Numbered from the whole stretch's first letter, positions 1 to 13,200 are shown. The stretch is DNA of 58,001 nucleotides, filler included, from Blastocystis sp. subtype 4 (GCF_000743755.1; 3 parts of 3 records of this genome joined end to end with filler, not necessarily neighbours in it); one strand, 5' to 3'. Program-made: numbers and translations. Notes: a model not told the origin generated them from the sequence alone.

Positions 1-2738
1 TTGTTGCTATTGCTGACAGTTACACCACATCCTATTTCGATGCAGTTGTTCGTTTGATGGCATCAGAACAATCTGAATCTCATATCTGGGAATATACTGC
101 TACTATGTCTGGCATCTCTGGAACTGCTACCTATCCTTTTGATATGTACTATGGTAATAGTATTTACTATACTTCTTGCGCTGATAATACATTGACTCTC
201 GTATTTGATAACAATCGTCGTGAATGGATCAGTTCTGTTCAGATTCAGAACTATTACTCAACAACATATAGTAGTCAGAAGGCAACTCAATTCAATCTGT
301 ATGGTCGTAACTTGGGAACAGATGAGTGGACACTTCTGAAGGAAGTCACTGGTCTCACTTATTCTACTGTGGGTCAAAAGCGAAGGGTCTATTTCACTAA
401 CAATACTCCTTACAATCAATTCAAGTTTGAGAACTTTGGTACTGGTGATTCCTCTTCTTGTTCTTGGAGAATTCAGACTCTGGATCTGTTTGCTGATAAT
501 GTGTTGGTTGATATTCCTAACTTCACCTATGATTCTTCAATCACCGTATACAAGGATATTGAAATGGCTGAAGTGATTCCTGAGAATAGTGATGGTTATT
601 TCGATTTCCAAGTTTCTCCTTCTCTTCCTACTGGTATTGTTATCGATCCTTATTCTGGTTGGATTTCAGGTACTGCCACTGCTGAGAGTGCTGCTCAAAC
701 CTACACCATCACTGCTACTAAGATTAGTGGAGGAGATGTGACTGCCACTATCTCTCTCTCAGTTTCAATATGTACTGGAGGCCAAGGATTGATGACTGTT
801 CGTATCAGAGCTGACACCTATCCCACTGAGAATTCATGGAAACTGTATGAAGGAAGAGGAACCTCAGGAACTGTTCTTCAATCAGTTTCTGAATTCCCAG
901 TTGAAGAGACCTACTACTATGTTGATTTCTGTTTGAATGATGGAATCTACACATTTGAAGGATCTGATTCATATGGAGATGGATGGCAGACAGGAACTGG
1001 TTACACTCTGACTGTTGATTTGGGAGAGATGGAGTTGGATATCATGGAAATGAATAGTGGAACGAAACCGATCTATGTATCAACTGTGTTTTCAACATAT
1101 TTCCCTTTCCAGATTGAATACACAGAATGGAAGGTGATACAGAGTGATGTGTCAAGTGATTGGAATACTGTCAGTTTCGATGATTCCACTTGGAACACAT
1201 ACAAGGCTGTTGATATTCCTTCNACTTCTTCAATCACAACATATATCCGAAAGAGTTTCACAATGAGTGGAGTGAATGATTACCAAGTGTTGAATGTTCG
1301 AGTGAAGTATTCTGGAGGAGTGGCTGCTTATCTGAATGGAAATCTGGTTGCTCGATTCAATCTTGAAGAGGACTTTGATTCTCGTAGTCTATCGATCACA
1401 ATTCACGATCCTACTGTGTTTTCGAAGTTCCATGTGATTCTGGCAACAGCTGGAATTCAGGAGGGTAACAATGTATTCAGTTTCGAGATTCATCGTCCGA
1501 TTGTTGGTACTACTGCTGATCCTGTTGTGTTTGATGCTACTGGAGTATTTGGAGTTGAAGACTGTTCTACTGTTGTTGACTCTTATTCTTCTCTCACTTC
1601 GACAGAACCTACTACTGGTTCAATTCCAAGTCTCATGGATCTGGATCCCTACACAACTTGTGAACTTCCTAATAAGATTGGAACCTATCTGGAATGGAGT
1701 GTTGAGAATCTGGAAGGAAGCAAATGGAACTCATTCAACATCGTTGGAGGATCCACTGTCTCCAGGTTGGGTTTCTCCATTACAGCCATGTCTCATTCAA
1801 GTCAAGAGGAATCCATAGTGATTCTGGATATCACTGGTCTGAAGGTGAATTCTCGAACAAAGCCTCAGATCTCTGTTCCTGTTGCTCTGGCTGGATTCCG
1901 GAGATATCGATGGGAAGTCACTGCTACTGGTTCTACCAACAATGCGATTGGTTCTGTTCATATGGCCTACTGTAAGGCTTCAGGAGCTGTGTGTCCTGCT
2001 ATTGGCAACTATCCTTCAGTGGCTGAAGGCCAGATCTCTCCATCGTATTGTCCTGAGGGTTACAGAGGTTATTCATATCGTGAGTGTTCTGGAGGTGTGT
2101 TGGGTGAAGTGAAAACAGATCATTGTGAACAGAAGCCTCCAGCCAATGCTCGTTACCAATACACACGATATGTGTTTGTGATGGGAACAGCCGTTTCAAC
2201 AGATATCCCATCAGTGAAGAACACAGTAAAACGCTGGTATATTGACTCAGGAATATCTCTTCCTGCTGGTTTAAGTCTCGATGAGGTGACAGGTGCAATT
2301 GCTGGTGTTCCAGAGTCTGTTCAGGATTTGAAAACCTTCACTGTGTATGCTGAGAATGAATCAGGAGCCGTTGCTGCTACTGTCAGTATTCAGGTGCGGA
2401 AAGGACAGTGTAAGGCTGAAGGAGTATTCCCTCTTACATATGTGGATGAAACAGCTGTGTATGAGTGTGCATCTCAGGGTAGTTATGTTGGTACGCAGAA
2501 GCGTACTTGTGTGTTGGGAGCTGAAGATGGAGAATGGCAGAAGGCTTCTGGAGTGTGTATTCCAATAATAGGCATAATAATAGTTGTAATCCTTGTGATT
2601 GTGATTATTGTGATAATTGTGTTCATTTTAGTTCGTGTTGGAAAGAAGACAAGAATAAGAGGGGGAGTGAAAGGAAAGAAGAATCAGGTATCAACAATGA
2701 GTACTTCTACAATAATAACAAAAGAAGTACGGATTTGA
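1..2738 (+). CDS. Large type I membrane/surface protein with He_PIG-type Ig-like domains, Cys-rich modules and a C-terminal TM (5'-partial, intronless)
   Basis: Frame is open from the window start. Two Ig-like motifs (SLPTGIVIDPYSGWISGTAT; SLPAGLSLDEVTGAIAGVP), Cys-rich units, a hydrophobic TM (IIGIIIVVILVIVIIVIIVFILV) and a basic cytoplasmic tail. Confidence 0.8.
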   Translation, partial: VAIADSYTTSYFDAVVRLMASEQSESHIWEYTATMSGISGTATYPFDMYYGNSIYYTSCADNTLTLVFDNNRREWISSVQIQNYYSTTYSSQKATQFNLYGRNLGTDEWTLLKEVTGLTYSTVGQKRRVYFTNNTPYNQFKFENFGTGDSSSCSWRIQTLDLFADNVLVDIPNFTYDSSITVYKDIEMAEVIPENSDGYFDFQVSPSLPTGIVIDPYSGWISGTATAESAAQTYTITATKISGGDVTATISLSVSICTGGQGLMTVRIRADTYPTENSWKLYEGRGTSGTVLQSVSEFPVEETYYYVDFCLNDGIYTFEGSDSYGDGWQTGTGYTLTVDLGEMELDIMEMNSGTKPIYVSTVFSTYFPFQIEYTEWKVIQSDVSSDWNTVSFDDSTWNTYKAVDIPXTSSITTYIRKSFTMSGVNDYQVLNVRVKYSGGVAAYLNGNLVARFNLEEDFDSRSLSITIHDPTVFSKFHVILATAGIQEGNNVFSFEIHRPIVGTTADPVVFDATGVFGVEDCSTVVDSYSSLTSTEPTTGSIPSLMDLDPYTTCELPNKIGTYLEWSVENLEGSKWNSFNIVGGSTVSRLGFSITAMSHSSQEESIVILDITGLKVNSRTKPQISVPVALAGFRRYRWEVTATGSTNNAIGSVHMAYCKASGAVCPAIGNYPSVAEGQISPSYCPEGYRGYSYRECSGGVLGEVKTDHCEQKPPANARYQYTRYVFVMGTAVSTDIPSVKNTVKRWYIDSGISLPAGLSLDEVTGAIAGVPESVQDLKTFTVYAENESGAVAATVSIQVRKGQCKAEGVFPLTYVDETAVYECASQGSYVGTQKRTCVLGAEDGEWQKASGVCIPIIGIIIVVILVIVIIVIIVFILVRVGKKTRIRGGVKGKKNQVSTMSTSTIITKEVRI

Positions 2739-2848
2739 GTTCTTTTTATTGGTTTGTTATTTAAACAATTTTAACAACAGTTTCATCATGCATGAAGATA
2801 CTTCACAAAGTCTTCAATTAGATATCTCACTTTGTCAACAAACAATTG

Positions 2849-4449
2849 TATACTTTAATATTGTACTTTTGAAGCCAAACAATATCAGGAATATTCCACA
2901 ACACATTCATTACTTGAAATACGTCAACAGTGAAATTACTGTTACGATTGTAACGTATTCGACACATTGATGACTCTGGATTCATTTTACAATCCTCATC
3001 ATTTGGAGTACTCATAAATACTGACTTATATGACAAGTCCATATTTTCACACAATTTCTGATATGTTCCATATGACCAAAAAGGTGGGAATAACTCCACA
3101 ACATAACTTCGAGGTAACAGATAGATCACATTCACCAAGCTGGTTGCATGGGCTCCAACAACAATATCAGCTTGGGAGAACAAACGAACTTGATCTACAG
3201 GACTCAGTTTCTCCAATTCAGCAGATGCGAATGAGATACCTGAGAGAGATGGTAACTCTGAGAACAACTCAGAGTAATTCACAATACGATGTGTATTTCG
3301 ACGCTTGACAAAAATACCCGACAATTTGTCACTGACCGTTTTTGGCCGAATAATGATCTTCGCTACGTGATAGGCACTTGCACGAAACAAGTCTGCAGCC
3401 AATACTTCATCAAAAAGTTGTCCTGACTTTCCACTATTCCACGATCGCATGAATGTAACATGATCACACAAACTCTCAGATTGGTTGAAAGAAGTGATTA
3501 GTTTCGGTCGGCGTTTTATTGGAAACGCTTCGAATAGAATTCGTTGAACGAAACTCATCCATGATGAATTGGAGAGTTTAGGAGTTCCATATAACAGAAC
3601 TGTTTTAATCTACCATAAATTCAATCAAATATGGCTACTTGAGGATACTCCTCTGGATGAAGGAGAATCTGGAACAATGAGGAAATACCCTCCAAGAAGT
3701 GGTAACTATTTCTATACTTACGCGAATGAAGAATTGCTAAACCTAAAGATGGTTGAATTAACAGAGATGAATCCAAGCGATGAGATTTCACTTGAATCTT
3801 AGAATCTACTAAGAACAATGAATAAATTCATACAACCAAAATCAGAAGAAGAAAGAAATGCTTCTGTTTGTTCCTGAAGAATAGGATTCTCCTCATGAAG
3901 AGTGATTGAACTAACCATAGAGTCAATACAAGCATTTGTGACAATCACATGATCTTTGAAAATTTTAGTCCCTGAGAAACCCATAAAACTATTCATTAAC
4001 AACAATGAACAGCAGTACGATTCCTCCCAGGCATTTAATGATCTACCGCTAATATAAGGATACGTTGAAAGTTTGTTTTGAATTGTCACAAAGTCATGGT
4101 ACCAAGTGTTACTTAAAAAGTTGATTCGCATACGTTTTCGGTCCAGACTATTATTGCTATTACGCATAATTTCTCTTAGATTAATTACCAGCACATCAAG
4201 TACAATGGAACAATCGTCTCCATATTCATAGATGGTTTTATACTATTGTTTCTAGGAACGGAAGTGTTGATCAAAGAAACAGTTGACTCCTCTCTACACC
4301 ATCAACAGTTTATCTGTCGAATACAATAGACTTGTAACAGGAATTTCCGGAAAGCGGTGTAAGAAGATAGAAAAAACAATATTGTAACAACAGACGAGGA
4401 GAGCTATTACCACTGTAAATACGAGCCGATCCCGATGTTGTAGCACCAT
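2849..4449 (-). CDS. Glycosyltransferase family 61-like type II membrane protein (spliced; stop completed by poly(A))
   Basis: ATG at 4449 gives the anchor MVLQHRDRLVFTVVIALLVCCYNIVFSIFL. GT61 motif QVRLFSQADIVVGAHATSLVNVIYL...VVELFP. AACAAACA at 2837-2844. Confidence 0.75.
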
Positions 4450-4555
4450 GAGTACAAATCAACAAGAAAGATCGAGCTGTAGTTTCGCTTCTTACTCAAA
4501 ATGGCAGATTGGGTCTCTTCGGCAAGGTGTCGCAAAGTAGAGAAACAAACAGAAC

Positions 4556-5838
4556 AATGCACAACTACCGTACAATCATACAACTCCTTCACTTTTCTAC
4601 ATTGTTTCTTCACACCGATACTCCAACTCTGCTTCTCAACAGTATCCAACATCGAACGAAACAAACTCGCATTCAGTCCTTTCAAAAGTTTCTGCAGGAA
4701 TCCATCGTCACAAAATAATCGTAAGACCCTCTCTGCTACCAACATGTTCTCACTCTCAACACAAGCACATAATCTCTTCCGAATCGGTTCACAAATCGTA
4801 TTCAACACTGCTTCATCATCTACCAACAGAATACACTTCTCTAACAACATCACAAAAGCAATCTCCTTATTCAAATTCCCACGTGGCCAATAACGTAATA
4901 TCGTAGATACAATGGGAACTGCAAAAGAAGGGTCTTTTTCAATATAATGTCTGAAACATTTCTCACAATTCAAATACAAACACTCTATCCGAGGTCGTTT
5001 GATTAGCGTTAAAAGATACTTAGTGAGAAATATTCTATGTTCTTCTCGAATGGGTACTGACATCCCTTTCAGAATCAGAGCGTAGAATCCTAAGGCCTCT
5101 CCTACACCTTCTTCCCAGCCTTCACCTTGCAAATACTCCTGAAGACATAGCTGAATGCCAGATTTGACTGATTCCCGACAGTCTGGTAGGGAGGCGTAAA
5201 GACGGTACAAGACCTGGGTAATCTGCTTCTGCTCACGTACGTCATGAGAATGATAGTTGTGAGCCAGGCGGGCAAGGAAGGCGCGAGTGAGATGTGGTGT
5301 TGACAGACGAGGCTGCATCTGAAGTAACATTGCCAACAGAGAATAGGCAGACTGTAGTAGGTACCATGAAGGATCCAGATAAGGGAGAGGAGAATCATCA
5401 TCACCATACTGGATCTGAGTATGAGAGAGAAGAGAAGGAAATACAGGAGGAGATGGAAGAGGACGGAAGAGAAGGAAAGAGATACAACGGAAACAATCAT
5501 CAATCCCTCGTTCCTGCGCAAATACAGATCTACTTCAAATATGGAAATAATCCTTACAAACTCATATTACAAGCAGCGATAATTTCATCCATAAGTTCCT
5601 TCTGTCTCGCTTCTTCTTCAGAGGGAAATAAACATGAACTCTCATCCAGCTTCACACAACACTGACGTAACTTTCTCCACAAAAGTGATAGTTGTTGATA
5701 AGTAGGAACCTCTAAAGATGAGAAAAAAGCAAAATCTTCACCATCAAGTCTAGGAAGAGGAATAAACGATGTTTCGTGATCAGGATCTCCTTTTGTATAG
5801 ACTGAAACTAGAATAAGATCCCAAACAAATGTGTACAA
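4556..5838 (-). CDS. PP2A B56/B' regulatory subunit-like (spliced; 5' end uncertain, may extend to about 6360)
   Basis: YIEKDPSFAVPIVSTILRYWPRGNLNKEIAFVMLLE, LWRKLRQCC and ENMLVAERVL match B56 family motifs. Confidence 0.75.
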
Positions 5839-6436
5839 GGAATCGAGTCACTGAGTGAAAAGCGCTGGAGAAGAGAATAGAACTCCTTACGCGATGAGTC
5901 TTCATCAAAATACAATTCACATTCCTTGGAGGAGTACTACATTACACACTACAACAAGAGGTACCAGAAAGAGAAGTCCCCATTTCTTCTTTCGCCGAGA
6001 GTCCAGCAATCGGATGGTTGTTCCCTATGGATTCAGATGCATTCCCCAATCTTACCTCCAAAGAAAAAGAGAAACGGAGAGGAAATTCATCTAAACAACT
6101 TGAAATCGTAACGACAGATTCCTTCAGTTCCTACAGACCATGAGAATCGTCACCTCCTTGCCAAAAGAATGATCAGAAATTACATACACATTGACACTGA
6201 AACAGAATTTTCCGACTGGTATCTCGGTAATATGCAACTACATCAACGCGCTTGTCCAATAACGAAGTCCCAATCACAACGGTATTCACCATCTCTGGAA
6301 TCAAATTATGGACAATAACAATGGAGGAAGAGGAATAATGACAAGTTGAAACGTGGAATGACACTGTTCAAGTCGAAATAATCATATCATGAATACTAGA
6401 AAGCGAATGAAACTATTCTCTTGAACAAACAGAGCA

Positions 6437-8613
6437 TCAGCACTTTAAGACATAATTCTCACTAATCCGTTTCGCTTCATCTCGTTCTCCTCGCTGTAAC
6501 AAGACATAAATACACAAACGAGCATTCTTCAATGAGGTATTAAACAACATCAATAGCTTCGAATACTGTTTGGCAATATCCAGATCTGGCTTCCACGTAT
6601 ATAACTATCAATCAATCCAACATAGCAACTCAACCAGAGTCAAATTGTATATGAGTGTTTCCATGAATGGAAATTGGTTCTTCTGAATGCATTGTTCAAC
6701 AGATTCTTGATTTGATTCCAATTGACTAAAATCACGACAAATTTGTACAATTTGTGGAGCATAGAAATCAGGATGTGAAATGGGATCCAAGGTGCTAATG
6801 GCTTCCTACGACTCATTTCACCAACTTTTTCCAACTTCAATCTCATTCAGATGAGTTAATGCCTCTGCTCGATACAGAGCAGCAACTGATTCCAGAGATC
6901 CAACCGCCATGTCAGCATCATCAAAACCAGCGCTTCTGAGAGAAGTGAAATGAGACTGGCATTGCTCGCACAGAGCTACACAGTCCTGATATCTCCATCT
7001 CTCTGGGTGATGTCAATCTCACATACCTACCAAGAGCGATCAAAGCTCTCCGTAAGAGACAGTAAACAGCAAGTGTGTGTTGAGAGTCAGCTCGAGAGTG
7101 AAGGATACGACTGGCTCGAGCAAAGAGAGCGTCGGCAGTTCTTGGCATCAGACAACGAGTCAGATAACCTACGTAAGCGAAACAGAGAGTTGAGCTGGAG
7201 TGGATTCGGAAGGAGGAAACATGGCTACTCCACCATGGAAGAGAACGAATGGATTTGAATGGAGCTGTCCACTTGTACTGACAGAAACAGAAGGAGACAA
7301 GCGAGACTCTTCAAGATACTTCTGGTGATATACTTCGCCATATCGGAATAAAAGAGAAGCATTCTCAGGAAGGTATTGAAGAGCTTGACCAAAATAGTGA
7401 ATAGATTTGTCATATTTCCGTAAACAAGAATAAACCATTCCAATATTCCGAAGAATCAGTCCAAGTGTAACTGTATCCGATTTCTTCTCTTGAGCATTCT
7501 ACAGAATGAAATAAAGGAATATCATACCTCATAAGCTAAGAATAGATAATGAAGAGCTAATGTCTCCATATGGCTAGCAAAATATATTGAAGCCATCATA
7601 CTGAAATAGAAATAATCCTTTTCAGGTGTCCAATGATGTTCCAAATTTGAGCGGTAATCATTATGAGTGAGAGATTTGTCTTCTTCATCTTCTTCGTAGA
7701 TCTGAGTCAATAAACTCAGAATCTTCAAGCAGTTTCCTCGACGATACTCCAAACGTGTTTTCAATAACGGAGGGAGATAACCATCATAACTGGTCATACA
7801 TTCATAATTATCAAGAACTGTAGTATCCACTTCCTCTGCTTCTTCAGCTGAAGAAAACAACAAGTAGAAATCTGAAGACGCCTTCACTTCCTTTTTCACA
7901 CCTTTCACACTTCCCTGTTCCAGGAAATACAAACTGCGATAAACATGATACCGGAAATGGAGACGATTCTTTACACTATCAGGATAAGACTCCCTAAAAT
8001 GATATCGATTTGGAAATAACGTACTTGGAAAGAATAGATTCGATTTGGGAGAACAGAGGAAAACATCGCTCATGCAACCACTAATCCATGAAGTTAGAGA
8101 ACAGCTCTCACCTCTTTCGATAGTCCGTTCTTTCGATACAATGAAAAGGTAATCTCCGTGTTGAGAAAGTACGCACGCAGCAAAACTGAATTGTCAGCAG
8201 TTTTTTGTTGATTATAGATTTTTTTGAGAAGAGAAATGGCGTCATCATATTTTTCTTGCTGCATTCGGATAACAGCCTAACCTTAATGCCTTCTCTCGAT
8301 TCTTACCATGTTGTATAGCAATATCGCTCCCACTACTGTGGGATCCTACTACATCATCACCATTCCACAACAAGATACTTTCACTTTTGAGTATTGATTT
8401 GACAAAGCTGCATAGAGAGAATCATAGTCAGTAGAATTGGAATCCAAAAATGCTGCAACTGCTTGATTACTCAAGATACTCACGCTCTCGGATTCTTCCT
8501 ACAATCATCAAAGACAACACCGTCCATACGAACTGTTCATTCAGAACTCTCAAACAACTCTTGTAATCATGTTTCCTAAAATGGGAATATGCATCGTTGA
8601 CTCCCTTGCGCAT
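6437..8613 (-). CDS. CNOT10: CCR4-NOT subunit 10-like TPR protein (multi-exon)
   Basis: AYSHFRKHDYKSCL, LLKTRLEYRRGN, a TPR (YDKSIHYFGQALQYLPENASLLFRYGE) and C-terminal LCIYVLLQRGERDEAKRI. TGA at 6437-6439 followed by TGTTTGTT. Confidence 0.6.
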
Positions 8614-8783
8614 CCTTCCACAGATTGTCCTGATTGGAGTTGTATTTATTGTAAAAGAATCAATGAATAGATTTTTGGTATTCTAAAATTCCTATCGATT
8701 TTAACACTGATTGTTGGGTACCACATTTCGTCTAGCGAATAAGTCGCAATAGGATAAACTCGTCATCACGCTTGGGTGAAGGG

Positions 8784-9875
8784 ATGTTTTCGCGTATTTT
8801 GTGTCAGAAAGTATATTTTGCAACTAAAGGAGTCGTAGGAATTGCATCTCCTCAAGTTGCTGTTGTTTGTCGTGGATACCGAAACAGAGTGCTTCATCGA
8901 TCGGCCGATGATCCTATTGGAGCAGGTGAAGCGGTTACCATGAGTCCCTCCGAGTTAGGTGGAGATGAACATATGGAGAGTGAGTCCACACCACTTGCAG
9001 GTTCCGAGGGACTAGAAAGTGAAGAACCTATGGCTGCTGTTGCTGATTCACCAGAAGATGAGGTTGATGTATCGTCTCCTGAGAATTTGAGTGAAGAAGA
9101 GGTGGCTGCATTGGAGAGGGAAACAGATCGTGTATTTCGTTTGGATGATAGTGAAGACGACTCGTCTTCTCGTATGAGGGCAGAGAGGGTAACAAAGAGG
9201 AACTTTGAAGATGAATTTTTCAGACTTTCAGATGCAATGAATCGCAAGACGACTGAGAATAATGGAACTGCTGCATCTTTGCTAGGTGATCAGGCAGTGA
9301 ATGAACCTGTGACATTTGTGGAAGGAGAGGATGTTAAGACCTTCTTCGACAAGATCCTGTCTTTGGACGAGAATGAAATAACGACAGAAGATGAAAAGAA
9401 GCGTTTATCGATTGTTCGGGAGGAACAGAAAGAGGAAGCCAAGGAAGTGAAGCGAAATACATGGTTCAACTTCATGCCGGCGAAGGAACGTCCAGAGGGC
9501 TTCATGGATTCGTATACACCAGATCAGATCTATAGTTCTCTTGAGTTTGATCTGTTATCTCGAAATGTGATGGATGTGTACAAATATGAGAAGGATGATA
9601 TGTTATTGACGGAGGTGAGTCTTCTGATTGTCTTTTAAGTGTAGGAGATTCTTATGCATGCGAAGATCCCTGAACCTGTCAAGGCGCCGAAGATTCCTTT
9701 GTATCCTCAGTTTGAGGAGTATGCCAAGTGGGTGACCTTTGCAGTGAACCGAAATGGAGACTATTCACAAGAAGATAAGCAGCGTGTTGTAGATATTCTG
9801 CAACGATTAGGTTCTTTGGATGCGGAGATTGATGAATCACCAAAGGGTACCTTTAAGGTGAAGAAGTACATGTGA
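8784..9875 (+). CDS. Acidic protein of unknown function with a mitochondrial/MRO-type presequence (one intron about 9615-9644)
   Basis: N-terminus MFSRILCQKVYFATKGVVG...CRGY, long ORF, 30-nt GT-AG intron, TGTTTGTT downstream of the stop. Confidence 0.6.
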
Positions 9876-9989
9876 ATTGTGGGTTTAGTGGTGTGTTTGT
9901 TCTTGTCGCTGTTGGACCCAAACTCACTAACAGACTTTGTTTCCCCTTCATAACACTTCCATTCAATAACTTCTCTCTGCACAAACACA

Positions 9990-10627
9990 TTACATCTGAA
10001 ATGTTTTACCCTTCTCTTTCCTTGTACTGAATGAATTCCCAAAGGCTTTCATATATGGCTTTTCCTCAACCACTTCCGAATATGTAAATGTCGAAGTACG
10101 CTGATTATATATAATTGATTCGATAGCTGATACATCTTGTGGAGGAAGATGTGTCAGTGATTCAAGTGATTTCTGCAATGTTTTGTATGCATTCTAACCA
10201 TCATATCGTTCACCTACACCCACTTCCAATGGCTTCGTCAAACCATCAGGATAACACACATTATCCTTATATTTTTCCATTTCGCTCACATCTTCAAATA
10301 TAACTGTATATTGTATCATAATATCAATCCTACTTATCATTTGACCAACATCATTGGTTTTGAAATATTGCTCCGAATCCAAAGTTTTATACGTTTCTAC
10401 ATGGCGTGGTAAGTCGAATAGCATTCCCTGATAAGTTGACGAACCCAGAGTCAACTGACATAACCGCGCTTTATCTTCAAATCGAGTCGGAAGGATCTTC
10501 AGGCTCGTAGGATCACCTTTTTGGATCTACAATGAAAACCATTTCATATCGTGACATGTTCATTAAACTTGGGAACTAAAGAGGGGACTACGCGCAAAAC
10601 GGTCGCTACTTCAATCTCCTCAAACAT
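9990..10627 (-). CDS. TAF7: TFIID subunit TAF7 (TAFII55 N-terminal domain), spliced
   Basis: MFEEIEVATVLRV and GMLFDLPRHVETYKTLDSEQYFKTNDVGQM match the TAF7 signature. Confidence 0.8.
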
Positions 10628-10889
10628 CTATCAAACAAGATCCCTAGATTATCAAGAAACGAAGGAGAATCACAGTAGATATAGACTTTGATAACCAAGA
10701 GAATCACTGAACATTCAGTAGAAGAAACAATCTATATTTACCAAAGAAGTCAGCAACTTTATCCTCTGCCTCGTAGCAAAAGCTCTAGAGCAACTGTTTT
10801 CAGGAATTATTTGATCGTAGTGTGGTTGTCAGCATTGGTGACCTTATAGTCCCTGAGAACATCCTAATTCTGCTAGGTGTCTGATTTCT

Positions 10890-11651
10890 ATGTTATTGAT
10901 GAAATACATGGACTCATTCAAGACTCATTTAGCGAAAGTGGACGAGATTAGTGGAAGTGATCTGACGACGGTAATATCCTGCGTATTTGAGCAGTTAGCT
11001 GTCAAAAACGATGTTAAAGGATTCTATAGGATTCCTTCTGTTTTCGATTGTCACGAGATCCCACGAATCTCACTTGTTGATTATTTGAACAGGTATGGTG
11101 TTTTGGTGTCCATTGATTGTAGAATTCGTACTCGAACTGTGTGTAGTAATGCTTCGTTGGTTTTGGCAAGCATTTATATTGACCGCTTCATTCGTTGCAC
11201 TCCAGTCCTTGTTGATTCGCTGAATGTGCATAGACTCCTCTTAACGAGCATCATGATTGCCTCCAAGTTTATTGATGATTCGTTTTGTAGTAATGAATTC
11301 TATGCAGAGATTGGTTACGTTTCCTTATTGGGCCTCAATGCTATGGAAGCTAGTTTCTTGATGGCCATTTCTTTCTCTCTCTATGTGCCCAATGCAGTGT
11401 ATTCAACGTATTCTGAAGGATTTCTCAATCATTTATTTAACCTCATGTGTTCTAATTCGTATTTGTGCTGGAATGAACAGTCTTTGTACTCTAATTCGCA
11501 ACTTGCTGTGTATTCACCGATTTCGATGGATGAAGATGGTTATAGAATGGGAGGGGTGTCAATTGCTGCCAACAAATTAGGTGTAGTTGTTCCTGTGGTC
11601 TCACCTATGAAACCTATCATTAAGAAATATGTGTGGAATACTCATATGTAA
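10890..11651 (+). CDS. P/U-type (PHO80-like) cyclin with an in-frame 30-nt intron near 11092-11121
   Basis: IPRISLVDYLNR...LVLASIYIDRF...NVHRLLLTSIMIASKFIDDSFCSNEFYAEIG. Confidence 0.85.
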   Translation: MLLMKYMDSFKTHLAKVDEISGSDLTTVISCVFEQLAVKNDVKGFYRIPSVFDCHEIPRISLVDYLNRYGVLVSIDCRIRTRTVCSNASLVLASIYIDRFIRCTPVLVDSLNVHRLLLTSIMIASKFIDDSFCSNEFYAEIGYVSLLGLNAMEASFLMAISFSLYVPNAVYSTYSEGFLNHLFNLMCSNSYLCWNEQSLYSNSQLAVYSPISMDEDGYRMGGVSIAANKLGVVVPVVSPMKPIIKKYVWNTHM

Positions 11652-11705
11652 TATGTTTGTTTAAGAGTAATGGTAGATGTCTTAATGTCTTCAACCAAAC
11701 ACATA

Positions 11706-13200
11706 ACCCATTTCCGTCTATTAATCCTTTCACTACTGTCTTCAGAACACCCAGAAACTCCTCCATCTCCTTCTCATTTGCCAAACTTACTAAAGGAATA
11801 CACTGCTCTAATTCTTTCCGTAGTGCCTCTCCTTGTAGCTCCATTACACTCTTTGTGATTCGCAGGACACTTCCACTGTTGACCTTTATTGGTGAAGCAT
11901 TCTTCTCTCGATCACAAATGCTCTTCTGGAGGGTATTCACCGCCTGCACCACTTGGAAGTACTCTCGGTTCCCTAATCGACCCCGCTTACCCTTCGATCG
12001 GGTCGATCGAACGTCTGTTGATGTAACTGAAGGCTCCAGGTCCTCATCTGCCAGATGACCGACTGAAGTACCATCTGTCACACTTGTGTTCTGGGAATAC
12101 CCGAAGCCTGGAGGGAAGAGGGGATACTGCTGAGGAATCGCATAGGTTGGAGGCATCTAGTTATCACCCTACTCAAATGCTTAAACTGGATAGGAAGGAA
12201 GAGTGACCTCCATACGGAGACGCGCTCGCAGATTCTCGTTTTCTAAGAGAACTTTCTATGCATCACTTTGAATCCTCAAAACTACATCCAGAAGTGACGA
12301 TTTGTGACGCAAAACATCTACTTCACTGAGTAAATCCAAATATTCGCTCGATTTTGTCACTCCCTCTTTGGCAGATTCAACCTGTTTTTCTAACTCTGCA
12401 ATCCTTCGTTTGGACTCTCTCAACTCTTCACCTCGCTGCTCATATAATGCGATAAACTAAATATCACCAACAATCACAGATTCCACCTTTTCGAAGCCAC
12501 CTTTCTCTCCATTTCCACCTAGTAATGTTTGGATCACTTGTTTCTGATCATGGATAATTTTCTGAAGCTGAACAGCTTGATCATCCAAATCAGATACAGG
12601 AGGCAAAGAAGGCGATTCATCGTTCACAGTCACTCCATATAGCTGGAGACGATCCTGAAGCAACTTTACCGTTAGTGCTTTGGCCTCATTCTGTTTCAGC
12701 AAGTCAGCAACCTCGGCTTCACGTTCCTGCAAGGCAATGCACGTTTTCCGATAGTCTTCACATACTTTGTTGTAGGTATCATAATCAACAACTCCCGAAT
12801 TCGATCTATCATCTTCTATTTCATGCGAGGATTCCGTCTCATTCTCACTCTCACTTTCTGTGAGATCTTCTTCTGCCTGCGTTTTCATGTCCTTTAAAAT
12901 ATCACTGTAAACATCCCTCTACACAATTAATCCATACTGGAATGCAATTACATTTCTTCGAGATGAATGGGATCGTTGCCGCTTTGGAGTCTTGTTCGAA
13001 GTGGAATTGGAACCACTCGTATCTTCTGGTAATAAAAAAGGAAACAAGGATAGCAGGTAAACCCAAAGCTGTTTTCTTCTCTGAGAGAACCTACCATCGT
13101 TTAGAACAACTAAACTCGACAAAATGGCAGCGATACAAAGAACAGTTACAAGTATCCAGAATGACTACGTTTGAATCACCAACCACACTCTCTACATAAT
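11706..13200 (-). CDS. Coiled-coil protein of unknown function (multi-exon; start uncertain)
   Basis: ORFs at 12457-12888 and 11620-12156 are linked by short introns and contain heptad-rich segments. Confidence 0.5.
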
